In this document: one piece after another, positions 12,948 through 25,574 of the stretch
Numbering within the stretch: position 1 is the first letter of the stretch
Layout: the number at the start of each line of letters is the position of its first letter
Origin: Camelus dromedarius
Taxonomy: Eukaryota
DNA length: 64,000 nt
Reading direction: 5' to 3'
NCBI RefSeq assembly: GCF_036321535.1
Contig: NC_087438.1
Span: 3,784,001-3,848,000, forward strand
Position numbers and translations under genes: made by a program
Notes under the pieces: generated by a model
Databases searched by the model: none
The model's input: only the letters and a program-made list of their open reading frames with translations
What the model was told of the DNA's origin: nothing

Positions 12948-13198
12948 ATGTGGGGAGGGACAAATTGGAAGTTCGGGATTTGCAGATACACACGACTTGT
13001 ATATACAATAAATAAACAGCAAAATCCTACTATATAGCACGTGGAACTATATTCAATATCTTTTAATGACCTATAATGGAAATGAATATGAAAAAGAATA
13101 TACATATAAATGTAGAACTGAATCACTTTTCTGTACACCAGAAACTAACACAGTATTGTAAAACAACTGTATTTCAATTTAAAAAAAAAATTAAAAAC
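12948..13198 (+). mobile_element. L1 3' end (artiodactyl-type), 5'-truncated
   Basis: ggggagggacaaattggaagttcgggatttgcagatac...ctgtacaccagaaactaacacagtattgtaaaacaactgtatttcaatt followed by an A tail. Confidence 0.9.
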
Positions 13199-13744
13199 TG
13201 AAGAAAAAGGCTTTGGATTGGTCAGACAGAAGGAGCTACTCACACCACACTCTCTCAAGTGAAGGGTCTGAAGGGTTTGCAGCTAGAGCCACAGAGCTTT
13301 CCTGAGATGTAACAACACAGCTGAAGCCACAACAAAGAGGCTGACCTTGCTCCTGCCCAGACGAGGGTTACCAGACGACCCTGCTGTGACAAGTGACAAA
13401 TACGAAATTCTCATTTTTAGGTGTTTATGTGTATGCTGCTCATTTGCTTACGGAATCAAGAGCTCAAGGCAGCTTTTACACAACATGAGGTGTTCATTCA
13501 AAACTCTGATTTTAAATTTAAGCACCTCTCCTGCAGGAACAGTCAAGTTTTGCTGCAAAGTTCTATGGACGACACTTATGGGTTCCCATTTTACTTAGAG
13601 CGATAGGTGGGCCTCAGAAAATAATAGGATCACAACGTACAAATTCACTCAGTTTGGCAGAAATTTCGAAATTGCTGTAAGGTGTCTTAAACTAGAGAGC
13701 CACACTGGTAGCCACAACACATACTGTCAACTTCTTAAACGTGT

Positions 13745-13930
13745 TACTCACTCATTCATACTATCAGCCGTGCTGAGTGTGGGGCATCGTACTAATCCTG
13801 AAAATGCAGACGTGAGTAACGGCTAGAGCTTCAAGGGTCAAGGTCGAGCTGGAAGTGAGACAAATCAGCCCAGACGCCAGTGCCAGAACCTGAGACGTCT
13901 GTGTGGGTGTGGCGGTGCCTCACAGGAGGG
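13745..13930 (-). mobile_element. L2 3' fragment
   Basis: actcactcattcat start followed by degenerate L2-like sequence. Confidence 0.45.
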
Positions 13931-14069
13931 GGGCCTTCTCCTCTCTCTCTGCAAATGTGACACTACACAGGTGTTTAAAAGTGTATATAATATTCTTAAA
14001 ACTTTTCTGAGGTCAAAATGAGCATTTAAAATATAACCAAAACTTCTAACTTGGTGGTTTAAAAAAAAC

Positions 14070-14270
14070 CCTCTTTTTTATTTGATTATTTTGAATGAAC
14101 ATCTTTTTATGTTTTATCTTCTCATTGCATTTTATCCTCTGTGAACTGCTCATTTACAGTCCTATTTTCCTTCAGATAATTTTGCTTCCTTCCTATACAC
14201 CTGGATGAAGTCTTCATATTAAGGATGTTAACATTTTCTTTTCCCATCAGATGTGAACCTTTTCCCCTAT
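14070..14270 (-). mobile_element. Old L1ME fragment
   Basis: gaacatctttttatgttttat, cctctgtgaactgctcattt, atattaaggatgttaac. Confidence 0.6.
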
Positions 14271-14539
14271 GTTTTTCTCGGACACGTCAAACTCATTCAA
14301 GAGTCAGGGTTTGCATGGCTGTTCGCTCTGCCTAGAAGATGTAGGTTGATGGACTCCTATCTTACCCAAAGGGCTACAGTCTGGAACACTTAGAATGTAT
14401 GCTGGTGAATTATCCCACACTGGCCAGCAGGATCCCCTTCAAACTGGAACATGTCCGTCATTCTGGAAGAGCCAATAGCTCAGCAGCAATGCTGAGGCTG
14501 AGATGCCCATGAGGAGCACCTCTGTCTGCTTCTCTCCCC

Positions 14540-14880
14540 CCTTTCCCCTCCTCTGGCACAGTGCGTGGTGCATGGGAGGCCCTCAATGAGTGCTTTTGAG
14601 TGGACAATTGATACATGAGTGAATGTCCGTGTTGACTCCCCTAAATCGCCCTTTCTTTTCTCATCTACTCATCCTCTGGAGAGCCCTGCAGCTTCCTCAG
14701 GCAGACTGGACCCGCCCTTGGGAAGCCTCCCATGTTCCCTGAACGTGCCCCTGTCATGACACAGGATGGCAACCTAGGCATTCATTTCTATTCTCCTATG
14801 ATACATTCGAAGCATAAGGCCAATGTCTGTGTCTTATCTGTGTTTGCATCACCAGCAAATGTTATAGTACCTGGCGTGTC
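14540..14880 (+). mobile_element. L2 3'-end fragments
   Basis: tggcacagtgcgtggtgcatgggaggccctcaatgagtgcttttgagtg; aatgtctgtgtcttatctgtgtttgcatcaccagca...tagtacctggcgtgt. Confidence 0.6.
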
Positions 14881-16089
14881 CAACCTCTGGAACAATCCAC
14901 CTAATGAGAAGACTCAAGAGACAAGCACCAAGGTGCTAAAACCAGACCCTGTTGCCCTGCTGTACGCACTGGGCTCCATGACTCACAGGATCATGGTGCA
15001 GAGGACCAGCCAGCCCTGGTTTCTGATGGCCCAGCTCTGCAGAGAGCTGGCAGGATTTGGGGTGAGGACACCTTGTCCTCCACTGAAGATATGTGAGGAG
15101 GCCATTGACCGGAGGGACTGGGGACTGTCCTAAGTGGGAACTTCTCCCAGGAGAAGGGAGAGGTAATCGGACAGACTTGACCCAATGTCAATGCAAAGGA
15201 GCCGTCAGGGTCCGTCATTCTGACAATCCCGCACTGCAGCCCCGACCAGCTCACCTTGTGTGAGCCCTTCGGGGCACGTGGCTGTTGGTGGAAGTGAAAA
15301 TGAAAGTTTCTGACTGCCTTGTCAGGTATCTTGTCCTTGAACAGGGAGTCCGGGGTTTTAGACACCGGCCTAGAAAACAACACAAATAAAAACCCAGACA
15401 GAGCCAGGCTCCTCCTCACTGTGTATCTTCTGGTTTCATCCTAATTCCTGATAAACTTGGTCAACAGCGATTTGAGATACTTCAGCTTTTAATTTCTCCA
15501 TCTATTTAATGATCTCAGAATAAACATTTGCAAAGACAGTACTTAAGGGAGCCCTGCTGTCCTTTTGTAAGAAGATGACTCCGACTCCTTTATTACAAAG
15601 GGTAAATTCACCCTTAAGTTGTCTTTTGGATAGCCAAATGCTGGTACCTTGTATTCTGCTGGAAAATGTAAAATGCTCCTTTGTCGCACAGAAGAAAAGG
15701 GCAGTTTTACACAAAGATTCCTTCTCCTAATGCCTATTAGGATGACACTAGCTAGCTAGCTGAGGGCAACCCGAAAATATGAAAAACACCCTGCAGCTTT
15801 GACCTTGGAAGCCTCCAGAACATCAGAGAAGGTGCCAGGTGGGAGCAGAAAAGCCCTGTTGGAGTGGCCAGCGAGAGCCTGGGGCTCAGCATGAGGACAG
15901 GACAAGGCCAGTGAGGCCGCATAGCCGGCTTTGTCTCACTGACCGATCTTGGCTCCTAACACGGATGACACCCCCAGCCCAGGGGCCCCAGATACACTTG
16001 GAGGGTCCGAGGTTCTGCGAGTGATTTCTGGGAGGGGGCCCCTCCGGGACCCTCAAGAAGTCTGGCACACTATTGATGGGTGATTTCTT

Positions 16090-16230
16090 AGACATTTTTA
16101 GCCTTTAGTAATTATGAGTGTGATTTTTCTATTTCATTTTGTAATTGGTTATTATTGGTGGAAATAGAAGTACAACTGATTTTTGTATGTTTCTATGTTT
16201 TACAGCAATCTTGCTGAACTATCTTTTTCT
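16090..16230 (-). mobile_element. Old L1 ORF2 fragment
   Basis: aattggttattattggtggaaatagaagtacaactgatttttgtatgtt...cttgctgaact. Confidence 0.7.
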
Positions 16231-16794
16231 GCCTTCCCTGGCAAAGAAAACATTGTGCTTGTGGATAAAGATTTTTGGGTCTTGTAATATTGTAGCTGCA
16301 CCTCCCTGTTCTTTTAATTGCTACCCTTGCTTTTACACTATGTCTGTTTAACAGTGACTAGTTAGCCATCATTTATGCCTTCTCTCTGGGGCGTTAACTA
16401 CTGTTGAACACCTCCATGCTGTTAGCATGGTTTGGAGTTTAAAATCAACTTGTTAACCACAAAGTTTGCTGTTAATATTTTATATAAATAGCTAATTCCA
16501 TTTACTACATGTTTCATTAATGTTTCTCTTGTATCCCACAATCTCCCTCTCAGTTTTTTTTTCTTTTTCTAAAGTTCATCCCCTAGTAGCTAGCTTGAAA
16601 ATACTAGGAGGAGGATTATTTTCCTCAGGCTTTTTAGTTATTAGACTCTTGCATTTTGGTGTCTTCTTTGATGAGAACAAAGCCTGCTGGGAATTTAGTT
16701 GTTATTCTGAGATAGGGTGTCAGTCTTTTCTTTGGCACTTTCAGAGATTTTCTCTTTATCTTTGGTGTATTGGATTATCTCTTTAAAATATGAC

Positions 16795-17105
16795 TAGAAT
16801 ATATATATATTACATAAATAATGCATATTATTATATATTATAAATTATATAATAAATTATAACAAATCGTTATACATTATATACTATTATTATAAATTGC
16901 ATGCTACATAATTATACTGTGTAAATGATAAATATATAAATATAAATTATATGATTGTTAATGATACATATTATGTATTATTATATATAGTATTATATTA
17001 TGTATTATATGCAATACATATCCTCATATGCTCAAAGTTTCAAGGTTATATAAACTATATAATATACTATGTAATATGACATATATTATTATTATTATAT
17101 AGAGT
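16795..17105. repeat. AT-rich (TA)n-like low-complexity tract
   Basis: ~310 bp of nearly all A/T, with tatata/tataat units. Confidence 0.92.
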
Positions 17106-17525
17106 ATACGCTCAATCTGAAGACCCGTGCCTTCTTGAACTCAGGAAGACTTAAGCAGGACCACTTCTCTGCGATTTCCTCTACACACTCTTCTGAAGCA
17201 CTTACGACCTGTACCTGGAAGCTTCTCACTCTGTCCTCCAGGTCTCTTAACTATAAACACACACACACAGAGCACGGCGCAGAATCGCACACACGTTCGT
17301 TTCCTTGTCTCCTGCCTCCTCCTGCTTCCTTCCGTGTAAGTGTCTGAGGACTGTCTTCTAACTACCTGGTTCTCTCTTTTACTGTGTTCAGTTGTGAGAT
17401 ACGCTAACCTATTCTGAGTTATTTCAGTGTCTACATGTTTTAATTTTGAATATTTCTAATTATTTTTACCTGTATCTCTTTTCCATTTTACCTCTGTCAG
17501 TTACTTTATTTATAATTTCTTGTTC

Positions 17526-17828
17526 TTTTAAAAGTTAGACTTTTGGTTATTACAGGGTGTTGAATATAGTTCCCTGTACAGTTTGGTGCAGCCATTATGG
17601 AAAACAGTATGGAGATTCCTTAAAAAACTAAAACTAGACTTTACTATATGATCCAGCAATCCCACTCCTGGGCGTGTACCCAGAGGGAACTCTAATTCCA
17701 AAAGACACCTGCACCCCAGTGTTCACAGCAGCACTATTTACAACAGCCAAGACATGGAAACAGCCTAAATGTCCACTGACAGATGAACAGATAAGGAAAA
17801 AAAGATGTATTTTTTAAAATTAGTCTTT
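17526..17828 (-). mobile_element. L1 insertion with inverted 5' segment and missing 3' terminus
   Basis: 17545-17577 antisense 3'UTR piece; 17578-17808 sense ORF2-end piece; imperfect TSD ttttaaaagttagacttt / ttttaaaattagtcttt. Confidence 0.8.
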
Positions 17829-18004
17829 GAGTAGTCGGTGGATACTTAAAAGTCTTAGAATATTCGGTACATTCATTTTATTTGGAGTGGATTCATTTTC
17901 CAATTGTTGATTTTGTGAGCTGCATTTCTTAGCAGTGTATTTTTTCACGTGCTCTGATATTTTGGTTTGCAACGTTTAGAGTGGAAGGTTTAGGCTAGTT
18001 ATGA

Positions 18005-18190
18005 GTTCTCTCCATCCTCTCCCCAACCCTTCTCATCTGTCTCCTCCTCAACCTCCCCTCCTCACCTCCTGTATTTCCCTTTCTCCTCCTCCTCCTACCT
18101 CTGTCTCTGTCTGTCTGTCTGTCTGTCTCTGTCTCTCTCTGTCTCACCCCCACCCGCTTCCTCTCCCTGACTCCTTCCCTCTCTCAGTCT
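18005..18190. repeat. Polypyrimidine (CT/CCT/TCTG) low-complexity tract
   Basis: direct reading. Confidence 0.85.
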
Positions 18191-19089
18191 GTATTCAACT
18201 CTCCTTTCACCACAGATTTGAGGGTTGCTTCCACTTAGCACCCTTGGCCCCTAGAGTAGAATCAGATGTGGAGTCGCACTTGGAAGGCCCTTCCCTGGTG
18301 ATACCGGGGGTTGTGCAGACCAGCCCTTCAGCCAGAGGCCAGACGGCGCAACTCAGTCTCAAGGCCACATCTCTGCTTGCCTGCATTTTGGGGCCCACGC
18401 TGACTAGAAGGAGTGCCCATCCCCAGCAGCAGCTTTAGTTTCCTTTATTCTGCAGGAGCTGGACGTCAGTCTCTGCACGCTGCTTCCAGACTCCAGCCCA
18501 GTAGCCCTGGCCCTGTCCCTGCGCTGCGTCTTTGCTCTGCAGAGTCTTTGTGCCATTTTCGAGTCCACACGCGTCTTTCAGATTTTCTCTTTCTCTATTT
18601 TATCTATAGCTTCTTTGTGTCTGGAGCAACTGGTGAATGCAGAGGAACCTTGCAAAGAAATATTTCCCATTATTTAAAGAAGGTACAGGTAAGTTATCTG
18701 ATCATCATGACTATTCCTAGGATGCTGCTTGGAAGAACACAAGGCTTTTAGAGAAATTTCCTTCTTTTAAATGCATTTGAATTTAAAATACTTTCATTGA
18801 GGATTTACATTTTTCTAGGGAAGAAGAAAAATGGAACAACGTTGGTTTGTTATTATATAAAATCCACATCTTACATCAAGTCGAAGTGAAAACTTGAAAC
18901 TTGTTGGGCTGTAAGAAAAAATACAGGCTCACAGGTGGCCCAGAGCTGCGGGCAGGGGATGCGAAGAGATGCTGGGGGGCCAGCGCGCTGCTCCCGGCCG
19001 TCACAGACTGATGGAGCTAGTCCGTCCGGGAATCCTTGCAAACACCCGGAGAATATTCTTTCTTCCCCAGCAGCCACGGCCTGTTCTTC

Positions 19090-19270
19090 TCCTTCCAGCT
19101 TTGCTCAGTCAGGCCTTCCTTGTGCCCTCACCTGGGCTAAAATTGCCACTCCTGTCCCAGCCCCCTCTACCCTGCTACCTTGTTCATCATTTTCCTCCAC
19201 AGAACTTAATGCCATCAGACATTTTACGTATTTTGCTTATTTACTGTTTTACTGTCTGTCTTTTCCCAGC
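19090..19270 (+). mobile_element. L2a 3' fragment
   Basis: aggccttcct...cctgggctaaaattgcca...ttcctccacagaacttaat...attttgcttatttactgttttactgtctgtc. Confidence 0.65.
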
Positions 19271-20339
19271 AGTTCTCCTCCCAGCAGGGCGTGGAGGAAA
19301 AGTGGGCAGCGGTCCCTGCTGAGAGCCATCCGGCCTCCAGGATGGGGTGAGCCGGCCGACCCCACGTTGTTGGCAGAGACGGGGGCAGAGAGATACGTGG
19401 GATCCGCCACGTGAACGTCACAGTTTAGATCCCTGGAGTTTTGGGTCAACTACCATTACCCACTTGAAAAACAGTTTCTGGCCTTCTGTTGGGACACCGT
19501 GTGCCTCGGGGACCACTGCCAGTCCTGACCGGGGTGTTGTTTTGTCCGATAAGCCACACACTCGGTGTTCCAGCAGTGTCTCACTGTGAGAGGTCCAGCA
19601 GAGGAAGCTCCCAGTGTTTCCGGAGAGCAGGGGTCTCTCCTGAGTGGCGCCCTCGGGTAGGGAGGTGGGGTTTCTCCCATTTGTCCTGGGACAGGGCAGC
19701 GGCGCGGAGAGGCTTTAATTGCAGAGTCAGCATCCTCGTCACAGGTGAGAGTGAGGCAGAGCCTCGTAGGAAGCTGTGACCCCATTCATTCCGGCTGCTG
19801 GCAGGGACTGAAGGGCATGCTGACAGAAGCAGGCAGGGCAGGGGCACCGACGGTGTCGGTGTGCGAGTACACGCAGGGCAGCGGGCTGCAGGTCACAGGT
19901 CGGTGCAGGGGTCTGGGGGTGCGATGACTGGGTGGGTGGCAGGACACAGGCCAGCATGGCCAGCTCAGGGCTGGGCTCCTTGGCACCCATCCCGGAGCAC
20001 CTGTGTCTCAAAGACAGAGAATCAATCTGATTTAATTATCTGCTCAGACCAGGCACTGCTTTTCTTCAAATGTTGTAAGTCAACAATGTATAAACACAAA
20101 AGGGTTTGGAGTTTGCATAGTCCTTACCCCAGTTCTCAAAATACTTGCTTATGTATTAAATCTAACAGGACCTTAAAAACATGAGTAAAAAAGGTGAATT
20201 GCTATGTATTGTTCTTGTAAGAAAATGGAATGATTTTCTCAGTAGGTTAGGAAAATCACTAGGCTTCGCCTTTAACCTGTTAACGCTGCGAACAACATCA
20301 GTTGCCTTTTTAACGTCAAATCCTCCTTCAGTTCCTGTA

Positions 20340-22360
20340 GTAAGTAGCTTGTACACATATGGATCATCTCTTTTAAATATACTGCTGGATTCATCTTGCT
20401 CATTCTGTATTTAAAGGCCATTGGAGCAGGGTTCTGGTGTGAGTTTGGCCTGTGATGTTTTTTCTTTTTGTGTTTGCTTCTTCTTCACGTTCTGTTCCTG
20501 TTTTGGCTTGAATACCAAGGTACACTGATCTCCTTGAATGGTTGGGAGTATTTTTCCTTCCTCTGCTCTGGGAGAATTTGTTTAAGATAAAAAGTTCGGT
20601 AGATCTTGCCTACAACACGTTAGCCTAGAATTCTCTCTGTGGGAAGACGTAACTACTGCTTCAATTTATTTGATATTTCTAATGCTATTCAGACGTTTTC
20701 TAGATTTAGTTTTGCCAAGTCATATTTTTCTAGAATTTCTCCGTTTTGTTTAAGTTTTCAAGTTTGTTGGTGTCAAACTGTGCTTTATTTAAGCTGTGTT
20801 GTGTCTGTATTTGTGTCCATGTCAGTTTTTAATAGTCCTTTGTTTGCCTTCCCTCTTATTTTCTGGATCAACTACTAGAAGTTTGTCTATTTTTTAACCT
20901 TTTCGGAAACCAATTTTTGGCTCTATCTTCTCTATTGATGTTTATTTAATCGATTTCTGCTTCCTTCTTTATTTTTTCCTCACATTCACTTCATTTGTGT
21001 CTATTCAGTGATTTACTTTGTACCTTTTTAAGTTGGATATTTAACTCATTAGTATTTAGAGTTCCTTCTTTTTAATAAAAGAGGGTAGGATTAAAATCTT
21101 CCCTATAAGTGTTACTTTATTTGCTTCTCACCAGTTTTAATGTAGTATTTTCATTATCATACATTTGTGAGTATTTCTAAATAGTCCTTATAATTTCATT
21201 CTGACCCGTGAGTAATGTACAAGTGGGTCTTTTATTTTTCAGGTAGGTAGAGGCCTTTGATTTTTTCTCTTTGTCTTACTGGCCTCTAACTTAATTGCAT
21301 CCTGGTCACACGACATGATCTGTGCAATACAAATGATTTGAACTCTGTTGACATTTGCTTTATGTCCTCCAGCATGGCCAAGTTTTGTAAGAATCTTGTG
21401 TGTATTTGAGATCAATGTGATTCTTTAATTCTTGGGTGCAGAATTCTATAGAATCTATTAAGACATGCTGGTTAATTGTCACATTAGTCAGGGTTTTCCA
21501 GAGGAGCAGAACAGTGGGAAGCACATTGATTTATATAAGAGGAGATTTATTTCAGATTTGGCTCATGCTGTTATATGGAGACTGAGAAGTCCCATGGTCT
21601 GTCATCTGCAAGTTGGAGCCCCAGGAAAGCCAGTGGTGTAGTCCAATCTGACTCCCAAAGGCCTGAAGACCAGGGAAGCTGATGGTATAAGTCCCTGAAT
21701 CCAAAGGCCCAAGAACCAGGAGCTGGGATGTCCGAGGGCAGGAGAAGATGGGAGAAGATGGACGTCCCAGGTGAAGAGCAGAGAGAATTTGCTCTATTCC
21801 AGCCCTCACCCTGTTAGTAAGGATGGACTTTCTTTACTCTGTCTGATGAATCAAATGCTAACCTCTTCCGTAGACACCCTCACAGACACACCCAGAAATA
21901 ATGTTTTCCAGCTCTCGGGGTCCCTCAGCCCAGGCAGTGAAGGTGATGTGCAATTAAGCACCACAGCTGTGTTGCTCAAATCTTATTTAACAATTTTCCC
22001 TTTTTGACCCAATAATAATTGCGAAAGGTCTGCTGAATGATCACACCATGAGAGCAGATTTTCGTTTTCTTCCTGTATATCTATAAACATTTACTTCAAA
22101 TACCCAGGCATATTTGAAAGCTTCACAGAAGTTTTCCACTGTTAAATGCTTTTGTTGAACTGATTTTTTTGGTATCTTTTTGTAGTGACTCTTCTTGTCT
22201 AAAATGCTTTTTGACCTAAAGTCCGTCTTGACTGCCATTGATAAGAGTCCCCAGGTCTCTTTGGGGTAGCACCAGCCTGTTCACACTTCTCTGTCTTCTT
22301 ACTTTCACACTTTCTGTGTCTGTAGATTCAGTTGCTTCTCTTATAAACACTGTATAGTTG
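20340..22360 (-). mobile_element. Old L1 (L1M/L1ME) ORF2 region, interrupted by an MLT2 LTR
   Basis: long T-rich antisense L1 motifs: gttgggagtatttttccttcctct, gtttgtctattttttt, ctaacttaattgcatcctggtcac, gcttctcttataaacactgtatagttgg. Confidence 0.8.
21480..21965 (-). mobile_element. MLT2 (ERVL) solo LTR
   Basis: attagtcagggttttccagag start, gaaggcctgaagacc-like core, tcaaatgctaacctcttcc...acaccctcacagacacacccagaaataatgtt, ends aattaagcaccaca. Confidence 0.9.
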
Positions 22361-22678
22361 GATTACAAAGTCAACCTCATAATCCCGAGTCTTCACTGCT
22401 GCATTTGGGTCACTTCCTTTCACTGTCTTCACTTGTCTATTTGGAGTTGCCTCTCTGCTGGCTTGAAATTCTCAGTAATTTTGGAAACAGGATTCTGCCT
22501 TTTCATTTTGCACCGAGCCCCACAAATTCTGCATTCAGTCCTGCAGAAGAAAGGTCTGGCTGGGGAAGAAGCTGCCACCAACCCTGGAGGCTGGGCTTTT
22601 TATCTGGAACCATCAGCCATTCTCTTTCCTGCTGGCAACCGATTCTGTTCCTATGCTGGATTTTCTTTTAGAGCTGAA

Positions 22679-22880
22679 TTTACTGAGCACCTAATATGGG
22701 AGGGGATCATGCATACAAAAAGGCATTTAATCTTCACAGTAACACTATGAGCAGAATTAGTATTACCCCAATCAGTGGAAGCTCAGAAGTTAAGTAACTT
22801 GCAGAAAATCAACACCTGGAGATGGCAGGGCCCCAGGTCCAACCCCCGGCCTGGAACTCTACCCTACCCCTCTAACCAAC
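22679..22880 (-). mobile_element. MIR SINE
   Basis: tttactgagcacct, atttaatcttcacagtaacactatgag, gctcagaagttaagtaacttgc. Confidence 0.8.
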
Positions 22881-23630
22881 AGCCTGTGTCCTGATCTGGG
22901 TTTAGCAAAGTGCTGGCTCCGGGATTAGTTTTCTGATGACACTGTTCTCCTCTCAACTCCTATTTGCTGTGTCTCCTTCCCCAGGAGGAGAAGGAGCTCC
23001 TACCTCTGCTTTTGGCTTCATACATGATAACTCCAGTCCAGTGGCTGCAGTGGCAGTGTTCAGCTGGAGAGACTTGACCTGCTTCGCTGTAAGGACTTCT
23101 GGAACCACGCCTCATGCTGCTGGCCTCGCCCACGTGGTCACAGCCTGGCACTTCTACCAACTAAACCCCCTTGCAGTTGTCTGGGGGCTCTCTTGCTCCC
23201 CGCCAGGTGGACCTCAGTTCCTGGCTGCACCCCAGCTTCCTTATGCTCTTCTGGAACGTTTCACAGAACTGACCTAAAGACCAATCCTAATGCTTTTTGT
23301 TTTTGACGCCCAAATTCTCACCCAGACACGAGCTGCTGCTCTGGAGACCTCTGGCTTCCTTTCCAGATCATTGTTGCTTTTGGTCCTCTCCCTCTGTTTT
23401 ATAGCTTTACAGTTAGACTCCCTTCCCCAGTTCTGGCCTGGGTACCTACTCTGTTCCTCCCTTTGATCTGTTTCTAACAATGGGACTCCATGACTCTTTT
23501 TTGAAATTCCACTAGGCGATTCACTGTCAGCTCACTCTGCTGCCCTCTGCATCTGGAGTCAGCTCAGCCTCGTTAGGGGACCCTCACTCCTCTGCCTCCA
23601 TGCAGTAACCCCACCCCAAGAAGAAAGACG

Positions 23631-23706
23631 AATAGTCTGTGCACACCTGAAACTACTATTGTAAATCAACTGTACTTCAATTAAAAATGTTAAAAAATAG
23701 TGTGTG
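23631..23706 (+). mobile_element. Ultra-short L1 3'-end insertion (~55 bp) with TSD
   Basis: cacacctgaaactactattgtaaatcaactgtacttcaatt plus A tail; flanks aatagtctgtg / aatagtgtgtg. Confidence 0.8.
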
Positions 23707-24920
23707 AATATATATACACACTGCACACAATCCCTTCCCTCCTGCAGCCCAAACACTTCACCATTTCCCTCGGAAGCCCCAACAGACATTTGCATTGACC
23801 TGTCCCGTAGGCAGAATTGTCTTGCAGAACTCATCCTGCTCCCAGCGGACCTTACGCAAACCCCGTGGTCACTTCACTTTTGCTATCTTTCTGTGCTGGT
23901 AGCTATTAGACTATCAGCTCTGTAAACTGTGTCTTCAAGTCCTTTAGAGTCACTGTACAAGCTGGTAAATCACTGGTGCTTAGGACATGCTTATATGTGA
24001 ACCTCAGCTGGCAAGGGCCTCCAACTGGAAGGTCTTTAAGAGGCTGGCACAGTCCCAGCTGTGTGAGGGGCAGTGAGGGTTCCGTAACTGCAAGCTGAGC
24101 TTCAGACCAGCCCAGCACAGTTTCACAGTGTAGATGGTGCTGTGTTAGTCTGATGCACTATACAAGATTTTTACATAAACTCATGGACTTTGTGTGGGCA
24201 TCTCATAAGTCACTGCTCTTAACTCTATGTGCATAACCATTTGCCAGTATTTCCTTCAGTATTCGTAAAAGTAAGATGGATCGGTTACCGTGATCATGCT
24301 CTCGTCTACCTTTTCCTCATGAAGAAGTGCTTTCCATGTGGTGCTGAGCAGAGTTTTAATGTTCTATGTTAATATCCTTCTTTATATGCATGAGGCAATT
24401 AGCTGTTTGAAAGCTCATGGATTTCTCTTTTAAATGAAATACTCCTGGTAATACATTAAGACCTGGTGTCTTACTATTTTCATTTCTTTTTTTTTCTTTC
24501 TCCTTGTGTTTTGTCTGAATTTCTTAATCCCTTTTCTTATTATATGGCAAGTTTTAAATTTCTAGCTGTAATAGAGCACGCTAATTATTCCTAATGGTAT
24601 GCACCATCCTGAGATTGGCCAGCTAATTTGGTAATACTCATAGGATGTACAGCTTTTAGTCTCCTTTTCTCATTTGCACCTTTTAAATATATTTTAATGG
24701 TTGCCTGCACTCACTGACATCCTGCCTCTAAAGTGAGAGGGTTTATATTCATATTTGCTGAAGGGGAAACATTGTTTTCACCATGATTATGCTAGTGTTT
24801 TAGTAATTAAGATTGTAGACAACTTTAAAATAGAGTATTATTTTAAAATATAATAACAGGCTGAGTTGGCATGCTTGCAAGGATCAGGAATCAGGTTTCT
24901 TTCTTCAGTTTATGACACAG

Positions 24921-25070
24921 TTTTTTATATTTTTAAAAATTGTTTTAATTGAAGTCAATTACAATGTGTCAATTTCTGGTGTACAGCACAATGTCCCAGT
25001 CATGCATATATATACAGATATTTGTTTTTATATTCTTTTTTATTAAAGGTTAATACAAGATATTGAATAT
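24921..25070 (-). mobile_element. L1 3' end, 5'-truncated
   Basis: T tail, aattgaagtcaattacaatgtgtcaatttctggtgtacagc...tacaagatattgaatat. Confidence 0.88.
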
Positions 25071-25574
25071 ATTTTTTATCCATTTGTCTTCGGACTCTAT
25101 CTTTTTTTTTTTTTTTAATACAGTAGTACTGATCCACATTAAAAAACTCCAACTGTTGGAGACCAGATATAAGTTGAGTTACTTAATGTTGTTATTTGAG
25201 ATTTTTTTCTCTGAGAACTAGAACAACAAAATTGTAAACAGCAGTTTAAAAATAAGAAAAATAAAATTTTATTCAATAAGAGGCCATGAACAGTTAAAAT
25301 TTGAGGTTCAGTTTCATAGAATAGTCCAGAAAGGGCAGAGACAGAGCCTGCTTAAGGATTTATAGACACAGGTAGGAATGCGGCACCAGGAACACGGAGC
25401 TTGGTCCCCAGGGGAAGAAGCAGATTTAGGAGCAGAAGTCAGCACCCAGAGGAGGGGGCTGTGGCTGGAAGAGATGCTTCCTGCCCCCCGCCCCCCCCCC
25501 CAGCTGCCGCTGTCCACGCCGAGGGAGGTGCTGAAGGCAGGGAGGGTGAGGGGGCTCCTGGGAAGAGGAAGAGA

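Larger units (their letters stand above)
16480..17990 (-). mobile_element. Old L1/HAL1-like ORF1 region, interrupted by a TA-rich tract and a younger L1
   Basis: gagattttctctttatctttggtgt, tcaatctgaagacc...ttgaactcaggaa, atttttaattttgaatatttctaatt. Confidence 0.6.

Noticed and set aside
18610..18688. Plus-strand exon-like segment with good AG and CAG|GTAAGT
   Set aside because: Lies in sequence resembling the antisense 5' end of the neighbouring old L1/HAL1 remnant, where cryptic splice sites are common
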